Of a stretch of DNA of 64,000 nt, positions 14,327 through 28,078 are shown in pieces (positions within the stretch are counted from its first letter, which is position 1; the number at the start of each line of letters is the position of its first letter). The stretch spans positions 1,488,001 through 1,552,000 of the forward strand of contig JADEYG010000001.1 of the NCBI GenBank assembly GCA_016906335.1, read 5' to 3'. This DNA is from Novakomyces olei. Taxonomy: Eukaryota. Below the pieces are notes generated by a model. That model searched no databases. It was not told the DNA's origin and saw nothing but the letters and a program-made list of their open reading frames with translations. Position numbers and translations under genes: made by a program.

Positions 14327-14813
14327 CTACCGGCTAGCGACCTTGACTAGCAAATACCCCACAACTAATACGAGGGAAATCAAAAGCAGAACAATGAGCC
14401 TATGCTGCAGCTGAAATGCACCTTCCACCTCGTACTTCATCATATCCATTTGCTGTGCTCGCCAAACGTGTTCCTTCTCCCGAGGATAATGGCTGTGTGA
14501 ATCGGTAATGGGCCATATACTGGTGCCAATTTCGCCACTGCGATGTTTCCGTCGTGTACGCTCCACCCGTGAGTCGATCAAAAGCAGAGAGAACAGAAAA
14601 GTGATAAAGATGACGGTGGCCTTGATCTGTAGAAAGGTCAGCCAGCGCATAAAGAAAAGGTTTAGAATATATAAAAATATTAATTAAATGTGTAAATGTA
14701 GAAGCCAAAAATAAATGTTTATTGAGGTATACATTTTCGACAATTTCCCGCTTCCGTTTCGACGGCCCTTTCACCTTTGACTGCCTTGCATCACGGTGAG
14801 AGGGTGTTCCCAT
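14327..14813 (-). CDS. Small two-TM hypothetical membrane protein
   Basis: ATG at 14813; one GTATAC...GCTGAC...CAG intron joins to a 100-aa exon with two hydrophobic segments. Confidence 0.6.
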
Positions 14814-15127
14814 TGCCTCAGAGCTCAGCAATTGGCTCTCTGCAAGACTCTGTTCGCCCCTCACAGCATTCACAAAAATGCAAGCGGAAGACGAGCAAAG
14901 TGTAAGCTTACAACTTTGCGCAAAGATCGGCCCTGACTATCGCTGAACGAGGCCAATTCTTGTTTCCGCCAATGCACTCACTGTTCACCTTAAGCGGCCA
15001 AAGGCCATTTATGTCATAGATTGGAATATGTCATAAGTAAGCTTGCACGCAAGCTTACTTTTATCACTGAGCTGGTCGGTCGTGTTGATTAGCGAGGATT
15101 GGTTTGGGTCGTGCAATTTGACGCAAA

Positions 15128-17378
15128 ATGGTGTCAGTAAGAGCGTCTATTGTCGACGGGTCGCGGAGCAACAGACTGCCTCTCACACCGTACCATCGCC
15201 TATGTACACGGTTGCTACAGCAACGGTTTTTCCGTGCTGTAGTGCTTGTGGCTGCCAATGTTTACGCGATTAGTGTACTCATTGGCCGAGGATCTTGTAA
15301 GCAGCAGCTACCCACGGAACTGTTGGTTTGTGACGCGCTAACCCTCAGTATTTTGGCGACTGTTCCCGCTGTCCTTTACGGGTCTGCGCTGCGTGTTTTT
15401 TCTGGTCGCTTTTATCCCCTTCTTTGTATACCGCAAGGCCACGCTTACGGGTACGTGTTAACTAACGACTTGGCCTGTCTGTACTAAACGCGCTACAGTG
15501 GATTATTACACCGACAATTCTGCTTTTGCAACGTTGCAAAGACGCGTGCTGAGCACTAACTTTGTCAAGTTGCTGGCTGCGAACTTATTGCTGACGGTGC
15601 CTGTTGTATCGTCTTACTTGGCAAACAGTGATGCCTCAATGGCACTGTCCTTGACGTACACGCCACGGTATTACCCAATCAATGAATGTATACGCTCAAT
15701 GCTAACCGCAGCGAATACGATATGACGCGTATCAATGAGCGGTACCTCTACGTGCTCTGGTTCTCGATCAATCTCGCTCTCGTCTCTGCTCTACGGTTCT
15801 CCCTCCACGATCGCTCGCGACTGGAATTGCCATTGGTCCCCGTAAGACTATTCAATTTGCTTTCACACTCGTCTAATTCTTGAAAGCAAGCTCCCTGGCA
15901 GAGAGTGTTTGACCACTACCCTGCCGTGCTGCGCGATACGCTTACGCTTTCTGTAACGGCAGCCGTTGCCACACCTTTTACTTTTCTCTTTGTTCGCTCC
16001 TTCATCTGGACTTGGACACTGTTTGTTATGCGCATATTCATCCGGCTCCCAAAGACTGATGTACTGCCGCCTTGGCCAGCGAGCCCGGGCTTGATTTTGC
16101 GGACTATGTGGATCGGTCTCTTGCCTTCCTACTTGGCAGAAGTGATTGTGTACCTACTAAATATTTACTTGAGTCAGGTTGGTCTCTTGAGTTTTGAATT
16201 TGTTTGTTTGTTTGTTTGTTTGTTTGTTTGTTTGTTTGTTTGTTTGTTTGTTTGTTTGTTTGTTTGTTTGTTTGTTTGTTTGTTAATTATATATTTATTC
16301 CATGTTTTAATTTATAAATCGTTTCGAGCCAAGCTAACCGGGTAAAGGGACCTTTTATACACAAAAAATTGCTCAGTGACGAATCGATTGATCCTACTGC
16401 TACTCTTATGGACGGCCTTCGCAACAGTGTTAAACCGCTCACAAGGGTAAGGCGTTTATGGAGGTTTATTCTAAAAGTGTTTAGTATATGGCCTTTATGG
16501 AGCTGTACCATATCGCTGCACACAGCCAACCTCGTCGAGCGCTGATTTATTCGCAAATAGACAACGATAATCCGGCGTGGAATACAGTCTTTGCCTCTTG
16601 CATTGCTCATATCCAATCAGCAAGTTTGGGTTTAAAAGATCAGACGCCGAAAGCTGCCGCTCCTAAACCGGCCGCTCAATCGGTCCAGGCACTGGACCGA
16701 GCAAGTCCAGAACCCTCGACGCCTACCCGCCACAGGTCGCAGACTGCTTCGAGATCATCGCCTCAAGTCAATGACGTATTCGCTTCTGCAGTCAAGCAGT
16801 CGAGCCCGCTGTACGAGGCTCTGGAAGCCAAATCGCGGCGGTCGGCAAGACTGCAGAAATCAAAGAGCTCTACCTCCGGAAAAAAGCCGCCACAATCAGC
16901 CACACGTTTCCTTTTTACTTTGCCTGGAGCTAAAGATTTATGGTCAGTTGCGGTAAATGCTAAAAAGCAATTGCTTTGGTTAGAATCAAAGTCGCGTATA
17001 ACGCAACTCTTTGTAACTGACGCAAATCATCGTGCGCGTATTGCTTGTCCAAACCCACAGCTCCTGTCTATGGCAATTTACGGGTTATGTAACATGATTA
17101 CAGAGAGCACGGAGGAGGATCAGTACGGCATCGTGGCCAAAGACGTGCATGAGTCGCTGGTCCGACTAGTCCAGTTATACGAGCACGCGAGTGCTTTTGT
17201 CGACTCTGTACCGAAATCGCACCAGAGCAGTGCTGTTCATGATATCCAAGTCGTTGCTACAACAGCCAAACGGGCTCTGGCTGACATTAACGACACACAC
17301 GAGTCTTTTTACAGTGATCTTCATGTATCTGCCAAGTTGGCTCGCAGTATACGTAGCATTATAGACGGTGGAGAATAG
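15128..17378 (+). CDS. NDC1: Nucleoporin / spindle-pole-body membrane protein Ndc1 (Cut11), 6 exons
   Basis: 'YHRLCTRLLQQRF', 'RINER', 'SIDPTATLMDGL', 'AFMEL...RRALIY', 'STEEDQYGIV'. Confidence 0.85.
16199..16284 (+). repeat. (TTTG)n microsatellite in an NDC1 intron
   Basis: About 21 perfect TTTG units. Confidence 0.95.
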
Positions 17379-17634
17379 CGTGGGCTCAAAGCCAAGAGTA
17401 CTTGTAACCCGGTGCAGCATTACTGGCATTTTATCGTGGATTTTTACCTGCGTCCAAATACAAAAGTCGTTTTATCGCTGATGGAATAATACGCATCATC
17501 AAGAAAAGAAATTTACAATGGTTAAATAATTGATAATTCAAATAGACACGCTCAACTATAGGGTTAAGTTTGGGTAGAGGGCAATATGGTATCGCGATTA
17601 CTTTTAGTGTCGCGTTCTTTATGCTATGACAGTC

Positions 17635-17701
17635 ACATAATGTTATATGGCGCATAATGTTGTATGGCACATAAATTGTATGGCACATAATGTTGTATGG
17701 C
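17635..17701 (+). repeat. Short tandem repeat, ~17-bp unit CACATAATGTTGTATGG
   Basis: About four degenerate copies between NDC1 and cdc11. Confidence 0.75.
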
Positions 17702-17844
17702 TGATTATTAAAGTAAGCTTAAAGCAAATGCTCAAAATTACTGGGTATATACAAACGTAAATCTCTATATGTGAAAACCGTATAATAGGGAGAGTAATAA
17801 GTGTATTACGTGAGCTGTGCTATACGTTACCAGCGCGAATTGTT

Positions 17845-17861
17845 TGTTTACATTGTAAACA
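17845..17861. promoter_or_regulatory. Inverted forkhead-site pair TGTTTAC-ATT-GTAAACA upstream of cdc11
   Basis: Two GTAAACA cores in inverted orientation, 3-nt spacer, about 48 nt before the ATG. Confidence 0.6.
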
Positions 17862-17908
17862 AGACTGAAATACTCTATCGGCTGCCTCGGGCGGCAATTA
17901 CTTGTCTG

Positions 17909-20643
17909 ATGGATTTCGCGTCAATGAGCTCAGCGAGTCTCTCCGACCTGGACGAAGACTGGATAGTGCAGAAAGATCAAGAGCCGTCCAGAAGCGCAGT
18001 AGAAACTGTTCATGAGGGCATTAATTCGGCAACTAAAACAACCAAAGTCTTACATGACCCCGTGATCGCTTATGATCCCCCGCCTTGGCTAGCAAGGCCG
18101 CCGGCGGCAGATATACTCTGCAATAACGCGGGCGACTGGCTGTCGCATATGTTTGACGATAAGCCGAGCGAAGGAGCAGACGAGAACAGGGCACCTTCGA
18201 CCGCGATAAAGCGAACGATCAACGACGAGGAAAAACAGGCTCATCAGCGTCTGAGCCCCATTGCGCGGTCTACAAGCATCAATAGACGCATTGATTCTTC
18301 ACGATTTAAAAACTTGGACGTTATAAACGTGGATCAGCTTAACAATGTGCCGTCTCCTGCATTGGCAGAAATAGCAGAGCCGCCTCGTCCTCAAACGCCA
18401 AAGCCGCCGGCGGAAGCACAAGAGCCAGGACGACCTCACTCTTCGCCGCTTAAATTGTTTGGTGCTCACGGCAATGCTTACGATTCGTTTACAAGAGAAA
18501 ATTTGGGCAACGTGGCGGCCCAGATTCAGCAAGGCCAGCCACCGCCCAAGATTAATCTGATTTCTCCACGCAAGCAAAAGAAACGACAGGGTGGCAATAG
18601 CGACAATGGGGGTAATTCGGCGAGTGCCGCTACTTCAAACTCGAGCATTAACCCGGAACGTCTTCTACAAGAAGGCTTGGAAGACGTATTCTTTCTACGC
18701 AAACGTGGGGGCAGACCACAGATAATTCCAGCAGCGGGGAAGGCAGCGAAGCAGGAGAGTCTAAGCAAAACGAATGACGCTTCTAGCTCTTTGATTAAAA
18801 TGTACCAGGATCTATCTGATGCTGGTGGCGCTGGCGGTGATAATAGCAGTACACTGCCCTACAACTCTGTCGACATGGCCCCATCGCCCGCGCCTGAATT
18901 ATCGTCTAGTTCAAATACAAAGCTCTCTGATATGTTTGGCTCAATTGAAAACTTTGAGCGTGATGATTACTTTGACCACGATGTAAATACAAAGCCGCTG
19001 TCTGCCCACTTGGAAGTACCGGAAGAGGAGGAGGCTAATACGACTACTGGTGGCAGTGCCAGTCTCGTGAGTAAAAGACAGGACAGCTTTGGCATTCGAC
19101 GCACGTCTAGTGCGGAAGACGCTTGGCCCGCAGACCAATCGCTTTGGCGCTTCACTGCTGAAGAAATAGCACAATTCTCACATCAAAAGAGACAGCTATG
19201 TAAAGCCCTTAACCGTTGTAATCTTGGCAGTTGGATGGTCGCAACGAAATGCGATATATCAGAGATGCAGTTGGACGGTGTCAACGGTTTACGGGATTTT
19301 TTGCCCGCTTTGCGATCGCTCAAAATTGCTAGAAACCGTATTAAATTGGTACAGGACGCGCCCCCGAATCTGCACGAGCTTTATGCTCAAAGCAATGAAA
19401 TTTCAGACAGCTCGCCGTTCCCGACCCTTGCACGTCTGACTTCGCTAAACTTGTCTTGCAACTTTTGCAGCAGCTTACAGAGTGAGTTGAAAGCACTATT
19501 GCTAGTTTTATATATCTCTTCTAATCGCTGTTTAGGTATAACTGCGCTTCACGCACTGCAACGGTTATCGCTCGATAACAATCGCTTGGAATCCCTAAAC
19601 GGACTGGAAGAATTAAGCAGCTTAAATTACCTAAGCTTATCCGGCAACGGTATTGAATTTGTCGATTTTAAATCGTATTATTTGTAAGTGTATATGGGGT
19701 CCGTACTCAGACTAACGCACAATCAAGACCGCACCTTCGAGTACTGCGGCTGAACGATAATCGCCTTTTACAGTGCCTCGGACTCGAGCGTCTAAAGAAC
19801 TTGGAGCACTTAAATGTGAGCAATAACCATTTACTCGATTTTGGTGATTTGAATCAGCACGTAATGCCAAAGTTGCACACTCTTTTAGTAAACAACAATG
19901 AGCTAGATCATATCAGTTTTTCCTCAATACCGGCTATTGAACGACTCGAGGCTGACAACAATTGTATTTCGCAGTTGTACGATATCGTCCAGGCCCTGTT
20001 CCTTTCGCTCTTGAGCCTCTGCCATCAGCGCATTGGCGATACAGAGGGCCTTAAAGGCATTGAAGACCCGGCTCCTAGTCTCTGTGAGCTTTTGCTGACA
20101 GGAACGCTGCTTCACTCACCAGCCAGGCTTGATCAAGTATCTGATGACTGCCGGGCAAGGAAGCAGATTGAAGGCGGCAGCATAATAACTCTCGAGTCGC
20201 CTTTAAGGATCGTAGGGCTGCAGTCGTGCGGGCTTGCAGAGATCCCGAGCTTAGCCACTCAGCCTTTAGTCATGCATGTAAATATTCGAGACAACGGCAT
20301 TCGCTCTCTCCAAAATTTGTCGGCAATGAAACATCTGCGGAGTATTGTTGCTCGTGATAATACGCTGGACAGCCTTGGCTCAGTCTTGCACGTCGTTAAA
20401 ACTCTGCCTTCCCTGATGCATCTGGATTTGAGAGGAAACCCTCTTGTTCACGGGTTCTATCCTCCGTTTTGTGCAGAAGATTCTTGGCTTGAAGACTGTG
20501 CTCTCCTGCATCAGCAGGCAGACTGGAGTCAGCAGTATGCTGAAAGATTTTACAGCTACCGCCAACGGATTCAACGCGCGTGCCCTCAACTTCGTCTGCT
20601 GGACGGGATGGCTCTTGTGCTGGCAGAGATTGAAGGGCGCTGA
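17909..20643 (+). CDS. cdc11: SIN/MEN scaffold Cdc11/Nud1-like leucine-rich-repeat protein
   Basis: Disordered N-half with 'SPLKLFG..YDSFT', C-terminal LRRs ending 'LDLRGNPLVHGFYPP...LRLLDG'. Two introns (about 19482-19535, 19684-19727). Confidence 0.72.
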
Positions 20644-20678
20644 AGCGGTTAGTCTTGTCTGAAGCGGTTAGTCTTGTC
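20641..20678 (+). repeat. Perfect 19-bp tandem duplication starting at the cdc11 stop codon
   Basis: TGAAGCGGTTAGTCTTGTC x2. Confidence 0.9.
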
Positions 20679-21135
20679 TTGCTTTATTACGTTCATGAGC
20701 TGTAAACGGAGCAAACACTATAATTTATTAAAGCTACTCAGATTGATGCAAGGGATCGCTGTGGTCACGCGCAGCGGGAAAGCCCTAGATAGGATAATAA
20801 GTATACGGATTGGTCAAGTGTGAATTGGCGGCGCAAGTATCGTGCGTATAGTCGGGAGTACCATAGCGGTAAACAGTGTATCTGTATCCTGACTCGTAGA
20901 CGCAAACGGCCTGATACCAATGCCGACAGGCCCTGGCGAAATATTCTGAATTCATAATATTATCATTCGCACTTGTAGTGCGCTGTAAATACCGCCATTT
21001 CAAACATACACTTTTAACAAGGTTTAGAACCGTGCAAAACTCAACGCCATAAATGCAAGCCAAATGCAAGCCAAATACAAGCCAAATACAATGAGGGACG
21101 GGATAAGCAATCTAAAAATATTATGTAAAAACTTG

Positions 21136-22260
21136 TCAGGCCAAAACGCGCTGTGCCGGCTCCGCATCTTCGTACTCAATCTCCACATGAGCTCCACCTA
21201 CATATTAGTAAAATTGCAGTGCAGGTTGAATATAGCTTACGTTTCCTACGCGCTTCCGGATTGCTGGCATTACTTTTACGCTTTTGACCGGCAGAAGCTA
21301 AAGTCTCCTCTTCAGATTCCGACTCGGAGGAGTCAGACCCAACTTGGTGGCCGTTTTGCCGGAACCAGTCCTCCACGTCACTGACTAATTCATCGTCATC
21401 GCTCACAAACTCAACTTCCCCTGTAACATCGTCTTCCTCCTCCTCTGCCTCTTCGTCATACTCTGCATCTTCCTCAGCGTCCACGACATCACGATCACGC
21501 TCTGCCTCATCGACGTAGCCCTTACGCTGCGCCAGCACTTTGGCCCAGATATCCTCGTTCACATTTAGCGGATTGTCTCCATAAGCACCGCTCTTCAAAC
21601 GCTCTACCAGCTCCTTTTCAATAGACTTTTCCAGTTTAGCAGCAATAAGCGCCTTGCGCTCCCGAATTTGCTCACGCCGGCGCTGTTTCGGTTTGATGGG
21701 CACTAGTGTAGGCGTGTTTGATTCTTCTAGGCGTCGAGCGCGAATCAGATACTGTGTTAATTTTGCAAGGCGCTGCTTGCAGCGATGAATAGGATCCTGT
21801 GGCCAGTACTGTAAATGCTGATCAATCTGCTCGAGTGCCCGGCCGAAATTGCTCGACAATTTTACGCGCTCCCACAACCTCGCTGGCGAGTGGGCACGTT
21901 CAATAGTTTTCATGTACAAGAAGAGACTGCCTCCGTCCTCGCGCACAGTAGCATACCGCGAATTTGCTAGTGGGCAAGATGTTCTGTTTATTAGAATCAA
22001 ACATGGACGGAAACGCAAAGCGGCAGCTATTGCAAAAATAAAACAATTAAAACAAATTAAAGTCAAATTTAGAATAAAATTAAATAAAAATAAAAATAAA
22101 AATAAAAAAGGAACACTGTCAGTGAGTTGGTCAGAAGCCTGTACCTATTGCATAGTCCGGTAGCATTGTAAGCATTCTTACAAAATGCAGCGGTGTCTGT
22201 AGTCACTCGGAATGCACAAAACTGGTGGCCTATGATGCCCCATACGATATCGTCGGCCAT
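21136..22260 (-). CDS. MAK16: 60S ribosome biogenesis protein Mak16
   Basis: 'DDIVWGII...FC', '[22 protein letters not shown]', 'KTIERAH', '[12 protein letters not shown]', C-terminal 'VEIEYE'. Two introns. Confidence 0.95.
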
Positions 22261-22751
22261 AGCCAAATTGGATGCCTTTTGACAAGATGAATTTTTTTTT
22301 ATTTGTGCTTTATTATTTTTTTGTTCAACTTTATTTTCCAGTATTTTAATAAATATTATGTACTATATTCTTACTGAACTGTTGAACAGTTTTCTGTGAA
22401 GTGCCGATAAAAAATATTGTGTTGTATGCATAGTTAAAAAGTATACAATTGACCAATGGTATTGTATGGATAGATTATCGATTATTTTTGTGTTATTATC
22501 AGTAATACTGTATGATTATCAGTATTATTATAATATTAATGTAGTATTATCAGTATTATCAGTATTACTGTATTATTATCAGTATTTACCAGTATTTACC
22601 AGTATTTTACAATATTTAATTAATTTTACAATTTGTTCACTATTATTAGTGCAAGAAGACCAAGCTTGATCCGTCTTCAGCCTAATCGCGCAGCCTGGTT
22701 AGGCTCTACGCACTGTGTGCGATTTGCTGCTATGCTGGGAGACCGTGGAAA

Positions 22752-23513
22752 ATGGCCAGCAGCCAAGATGCCGGCGACGCTAGCGGTGTATTGGATAACG
22801 TGAACAGTAGCTCTGCCGGTCTAAAATCCAAACTGTCTCAATCCGCTGGGCAAAACAACGGCGATGTGGAAATGTCGGGGATTATTGAGGATCGCGGTTC
22901 CGTCTTTGTTGCGTATTTTATCCCGGAACGCGTCCAGTCGCGTGTACGCGTACGCCTAACCTCTCTGCGATCCGATCCCGCTTACGATATCGTCAGTGCT
23001 GATCACAAAATCGCAGCTTGGCGAACACCTTCGACACAGCGAACACTGTCGTCACAGCAACTGGTGACGACGGGCCACGACGATGACGGTGAGGCTTACG
23101 CGGGTGGGAAATTAGTGCGGTTGTTGACAGAAATGGACGTGTGGGGTTTGGTTGTAGTGGCACGATGGTACGGTGGCATATTGCTGGGTCCCGTACGGTT
23201 TGACCACATTTTGCAGTGCGGCCGCCACGCTATACAAAAATACAAGCAAAAGCAGGCGGGTGCGCAGCAGGTAGAACGGCTGCGTTCCCTTATTGGCCAA
23301 CGTGATCTTACGATCGATGCATTGCGCCGCTCTATTGCGTCACGCCGAGGTACAGAGTCACCTGCTCGTAAGGTGGCAGCACCACCGTCTAGTGCTGATG
23401 TAAAAGTGCTTCAAAACCTGGTTAATGCACGTGATAAGACGATTACTACACTGCGGAATATTTACAAGGAGCTTTCCAGTAGCGAGCCTGCCGGTGAGCC
23501 TGCCAGCCAGTAG
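22752..23513 (+). CDS. IMPACT/UPF0029-family protein without RWD domain
   Basis: 'IEDRGSVFVA', 'ADHKIAAWR', 'DDDGEAYAG', 'VVARWYGGILLGPVRF'. C-terminal coiled coil. Confidence 0.88.
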   Translation: MASSQDAGDASGVLDNVNSSSAGLKSKLSQSAGQNNGDVEMSGIIEDRGSVFVAYFIPERVQSRVRVRLTSLRSDPAYDIVSADHKIAAWRTPSTQRTLSSQQLVTTGHDDDGEAYAGGKLVRLLTEMDVWGLVVVARWYGGILLGPVRFDHILQCGRHAIQKYKQKQAGAQQVERLRSLIGQRDLTIDALRRSIASRRGTESPARKVAAPPSSADVKVLQNLVNARDKTITTLRNIYKELSSSEPAGEPASQ

Positions 23514-23844
23514 CGTATTGTAATGCTATATCAATATATGAAACGGGTTAATATACGAATCGGCTCTGCTCATGATTGATTTAAATGAATTATTACAAAA
23601 TCAGTAGAGTGATTATGGATCCAATAGTTTATTTGCCATTGCTGTATTAGCAGTAGACTCTGTATTTCCTAGAACGTATAGTATCGACTCTATATTCGAA
23701 TTTTTTTACGGTATTTTAATTAATTAAAACAATTATTAATTAACTATTAATTAATTATTAATTAAATTAAATATTAATTAAATATTAATTAAATATTTAG
23801 TTAAATATCTAGTTAAATCGTCCGCCGGGTCGCTTCACAATGAC

Positions 23845-24985
23845 ATGTCGCTGAACGACCAGGTCAGCTCGTTCAAGAACCGGGTGAAGGCTCAATCTGT
23901 GTATGCACGTACTGCAGGCGAATATGGCGGCGGCGGTTTGTCGGTGTCCTCACCGATCGACACGCCGAGTCCAACGCCGAGCGAACCAAATGGTCGACGG
24001 AAACCGGGAACTCCTCTCAGTGTAGCGTCATATGGTACGAGTTTTAAGATTCAAAAACTGACTCTAAGGCACTCCTGAATCTGCTGTCGGATCACATATG
24101 CTTTCGCAAATGCACTATGCGCTTGAATACTTGAAGGTTGGCTCTATTATCTCCGATCTTGAGAGAAAAGATCTGGTCTTATCTGTCTACTTGTGTTCTA
24201 ACGATTAGCGCATGGAAGTACCAAAGACGGCTGAGGAGATTTCTGCCTATTTGTCGACACCCTTAACGCCCACACTCTTGCAAATTCTACGTACAAATGA
24301 TCGTGTGGTGTATAACGCAGAGAACGGTACGTATACATTTCGACCTTTGCACAACATTCGTTCAGCATCTGCCCTGCTAGCTTTTCTACACGGGAAAAGG
24401 AGCGGTGCTGGTGTGCCCGTGCGAGAGCTTCGTGATGGCTGGGCTCAGGCTGTATCGGAGATTGAACGGCTTGCGGCTGAAGGAGAGGTTTTGGTATTGC
24501 GCACAAAGAAGGATAACGTTCCAAGGCTCGTTTGGGCTAATGACCGTGATCTTTGTCTGGAAATTGACGATGGTAGGCTCTAAACTAGGTTTCAATTTAC
24601 TTTATACAATTAGTCAAGGTCGTATGATTCTTGACGTATCTCGTTTGCACATTTGGGTTATTTTCTCTACCCTTTTCCGTACTAGAGCTTTCCATTTTAT
24701 GTCTTTTCGTCTTGGCTTGCTCTCTTCTGTTCTCTGCCTCTTTAATATTTGTTCTTCTTACGTTCAGATTTTAAAGCGACATATCATCAAATTCCGCTTC
24801 CGAGCCTGGGCGATATTGTAAATGAACTGGAAAAAGCCCATCTCAAACCGACTTCGGTTGATCCGGCAACTGTGCGTCAAGCGGCACCAAAGGCAGAAAC
24901 AAAGCAAAAGAAGCCCCGGCAGCGAATTCGTAAAATCACAAATACACATCTCAATCTTTTACGCAGCAATTTGCGACGAAATTAA
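23845..24985 (+). CDS. TFA2: Transcription factor TFIIE beta subunit
   Basis: 'YALEYLK', 'FRPLHNIRS', 'ELRDGW', 'KITNTHL'. Three introns. Confidence 0.92.
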
Positions 24986-25321
24986 GACTGCATTATTATG
25001 AAAAAAAAATTTAGAGATTATGCAATTGGTAGTGGACTTGGTTCAAAGTCTTTAATAATGAAATTTAAAGAATTTGCATGTGCATACTATCATTTGGTGG
25101 AGCATATCAAATATAGAAAAATCTGCGAAATTAATTATTTTTATACACTCTGGCACCTTCAGATGCACTCAACTGTGGATGCTGGTATGGCAACGTAGCA
25201 TAAGGTTGAAAACGTTTATTTGGTTTCTGCTTTTGTGACTTCAAAGTCGCGCAGCACACTCAGGTATAAATATTTAAAGTAAACCTCCCTATTCTTCACG
25301 TCTCGTTAACGCACCAAGTTC

Positions 25322-25720
25322 CTACTCTTCAGCATGGCCATTTCTAGTGGTCGGGGCACCTGAAACCCACAGTACGTTATTGCATCTGATTGTTAGTATT
25401 TGATTTTAACAGAAATACAAAGCATTATTGATTTGCTCGCATCTTGTATGCAATGTTAATTATTTTTGCTGTTCACTTTAGCTTGGGTCGTTCTTTTTCT
25501 GCTCGTTCCGCATAATCACATACCTAATCATGATTTCTCCCAGCTTTCCTGTGCTATTGTTGTCCACAAACTCTTCCGCATTTTGTAATTGCAGATTCAT
25601 ATAGCCATCAAGACTCTGAAGCACTCCGCGATACTCTTGACCCCACTTTAGTCGTACGCAAACTTCTTTGCCCGTAAGATCTTGTAAGAAAGGTTTTGGG
25701 TTTATCGGTACAAACGACAT
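25322..25720 (-). CDS. SMX3: snRNP core protein SmF
   Basis: 'PINPKPFL...[11 protein letters not shown]...DGYMNLQL...[12 protein letters not shown]'. One intron. Confidence 0.95.
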
Positions 25721-26045
25721 CTTGCAACACTGACTTGGCAAACACTACCAATTGCAAAGATTTGCGCGCGCAGACAATTGCTCTTTGGTTCTCAATTTGA
25801 GAATAAGCGCGCACTTGCTTTAGCCAACGGGATGTGCGATATGTCACCAGTCCAAGGCTCCTAGTTTATTTTATATTTTATATTCATATTTATATTTTTT
25901 AATTTGTATTATTTTATTCTATTATGCCAGTTTATATATAAAAATACTGCACCTCTATAATATTATTTATTAGAGAATAAATGAGCAAACCAGCCCAGTG
26001 CTGATTGACTGATTGGCCTCTTTTCCACAGGATACTGACGAAAAT

Positions 26046-27039
26046 ATGGCAGAGGGCAGCTCAGAGGCAAAAGAGTCTAGTGCAAATGATTTGCAGGCGC
26101 GGTTTCGTGCTCTGCAGCGTCGTGCGCGAACCTCCGTAACGGCTAATCGACAAGATGTAATAGCGGAGCATGAACGTACCAAGTCCGATCCACGAGCTGA
26201 GCGACGGCTGGAAAGGCGACAGATGGATGCAGAAGAGCAATTAGGAAAGCTGGATGCTCAAGAACACGGCGAAGATTATGAGCGCAAACGTGCCTGGGAC
26301 TGGACTATTGAAGAATCACAAAAATGGGATCAGCGCATGCGAAATAAAGATAAAAATCGGCATGATTCTATGTTTGCTAGCTACGACCAGCTAGCGCGGA
26401 CGCAGTACGAGCAGCTCACCGGGCGTATGAAGGGGAAGGGGAAGGAAGGTGAGCAAATGGAGGCGGGAGACGATTTAGAAGACGAACTTGCTTTCATAAA
26501 GAACAAGCCCTCTAAGGAGGATATGGAACGATTAATGACAGAGATTCGGCACAGGTAACGTTAAATTTTTTTTTTGGGTAAAATGCATCTTTTCGTATCG
26601 CGTGCACTTGGAAATAGCCCTTTGGCCTTTGCTGTGGACGAGACGAATTTTGTTTTAATCTCTTCTTTTTACTTTATTTTCTCTACTTTACTCTTTATTT
26701 CTCTGTTTATTCCTCTGTCATTCACTACCGTGTTGAGATTCTTGCTGTCGCTAAAGTCTCCGGGTCTAACTGTGTAGGGATGAATTGCGAGAGAAAAATC
26801 GACGGAAACGCGACCGTCGGCGTGAGGGCGATGTCACTTATATCAACGAGCGTAATCGCAATTTCAATATGAAACTAGTGCGTTATTACGACAAGGTAAG
26901 CTCACTATGATATATTATATTTATATATAACAAAATATTTAAATATATTATATTAAATATATTCTGGATTTTGCATGTGCTAATTTCTCAGTACACAAAA
27001 GAAATTCGTGAAAACTTGGAGCGTGGAACAGCACTGTAG
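26046..27039 (+). CDS. SYF2: Pre-mRNA splicing factor Syf2
   Basis: 'RKRAWDWTIEES', 'DVTYINERNRNFNMKL', 'EIRENLERGTAL*'. Two introns. Confidence 0.95.
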
Positions 27040-27295
27040 TCGGCGCGAAATCGATTTTGGATATAATTTGTTTGGAGGACAATGTACAAAGCGGTGGCAA
27101 CGGGCAACGATGACGGTTGAACTTTAAATTTATCTTGATTAAACACGAGCCTGTAGTAGCCTTATAAATGTGCATAGATGAATGTATGTTGTAATTAGAC
27201 GGAGCAATGTAATTGCCTCGAGTAGTGTATCGTTTAAATCCAGGATTCTATTAAAAACAAGCCAGTACTGGAAATAAGGGAATCAAAGCCGTTGC

Positions 27296-27633
27296 TTACG
27301 GCTGCATGTGCACAACGTGGTGAAGGGGATCACCGCGTACCTTTGACCAATCAATTTCTGCATCAATAGTACTATCGACCTCGCCGACAAGAACAACATT
27401 GTCTCCCCGCATTATGTACAATCCCAGGTCCTCCATTTCAGGTTCTCGATCGTTATATATAATGCGCTCAACGCAGCCAGACAAGATTATGTTTGTCGTT
27501 TGGTCTAGGCCCTTAAGCACGCCAGTTAGAAGCCGACCGTCTTGTGTTATAATAATAACCTGGCCTTTGCCGAATTAGCGATTCTGTCATTGAATACTTT
27601 CTTACGCTCTACAAAAGACGCCAAGTTGCTCAT
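27296..27633 (-). CDS. LSM8: U6 snRNP-associated Lsm8
   Basis: 'IITQDGR...LKGLDQTTNIIL...LGLYIMRGDNVVLVGEVD'. Intron 27565-27605. Confidence 0.92.
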
Positions 27634-28078
27634 GGCCGAGTGAGTTTTAGTTCATAGTACTCGTGGAGTCTCACAATTTGTTCATAGTATTTAAGACTTT
27701 TTGTCCTATAGTACTTATAAAATCTTGTTATGGTACATATAATGAAAAATATACAGAAATAAAAGTATGATTGTTGGCATTAAATAACAGTTTGATTGTT
27801 ATGTTGGTTTTATTTCGCTATTTATTATATGGTAAAGCCTGTCGCCTGAATAAAATAGACTAAAAAGAGTCAAGCAATAACTACGTGAAATTACTTAAAA
27901 TAATAATTTAAACAATAATTTATTGCAAATATTGTGCTTTTGTCGTTCAAAACATTTCGGGTTTATAAACATTAACGCTCAATGTATAAAAGTGCTGTTA
28001 AGCATTCAAATTTCATATACAATCAAAATCTTACTCTCTACATCTTGACTAGCCTGCTTTCCAATCAACCCCCCTTTC

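Noticed and set aside
22116-22144. Mini-intron-like GTACAG...CTGACAG at the start of the MAK16 intron, suggesting a nested (stwintron) intron
   Set aside because: Excision leaves no good donor and breaks the frame; a single intron explains the protein.
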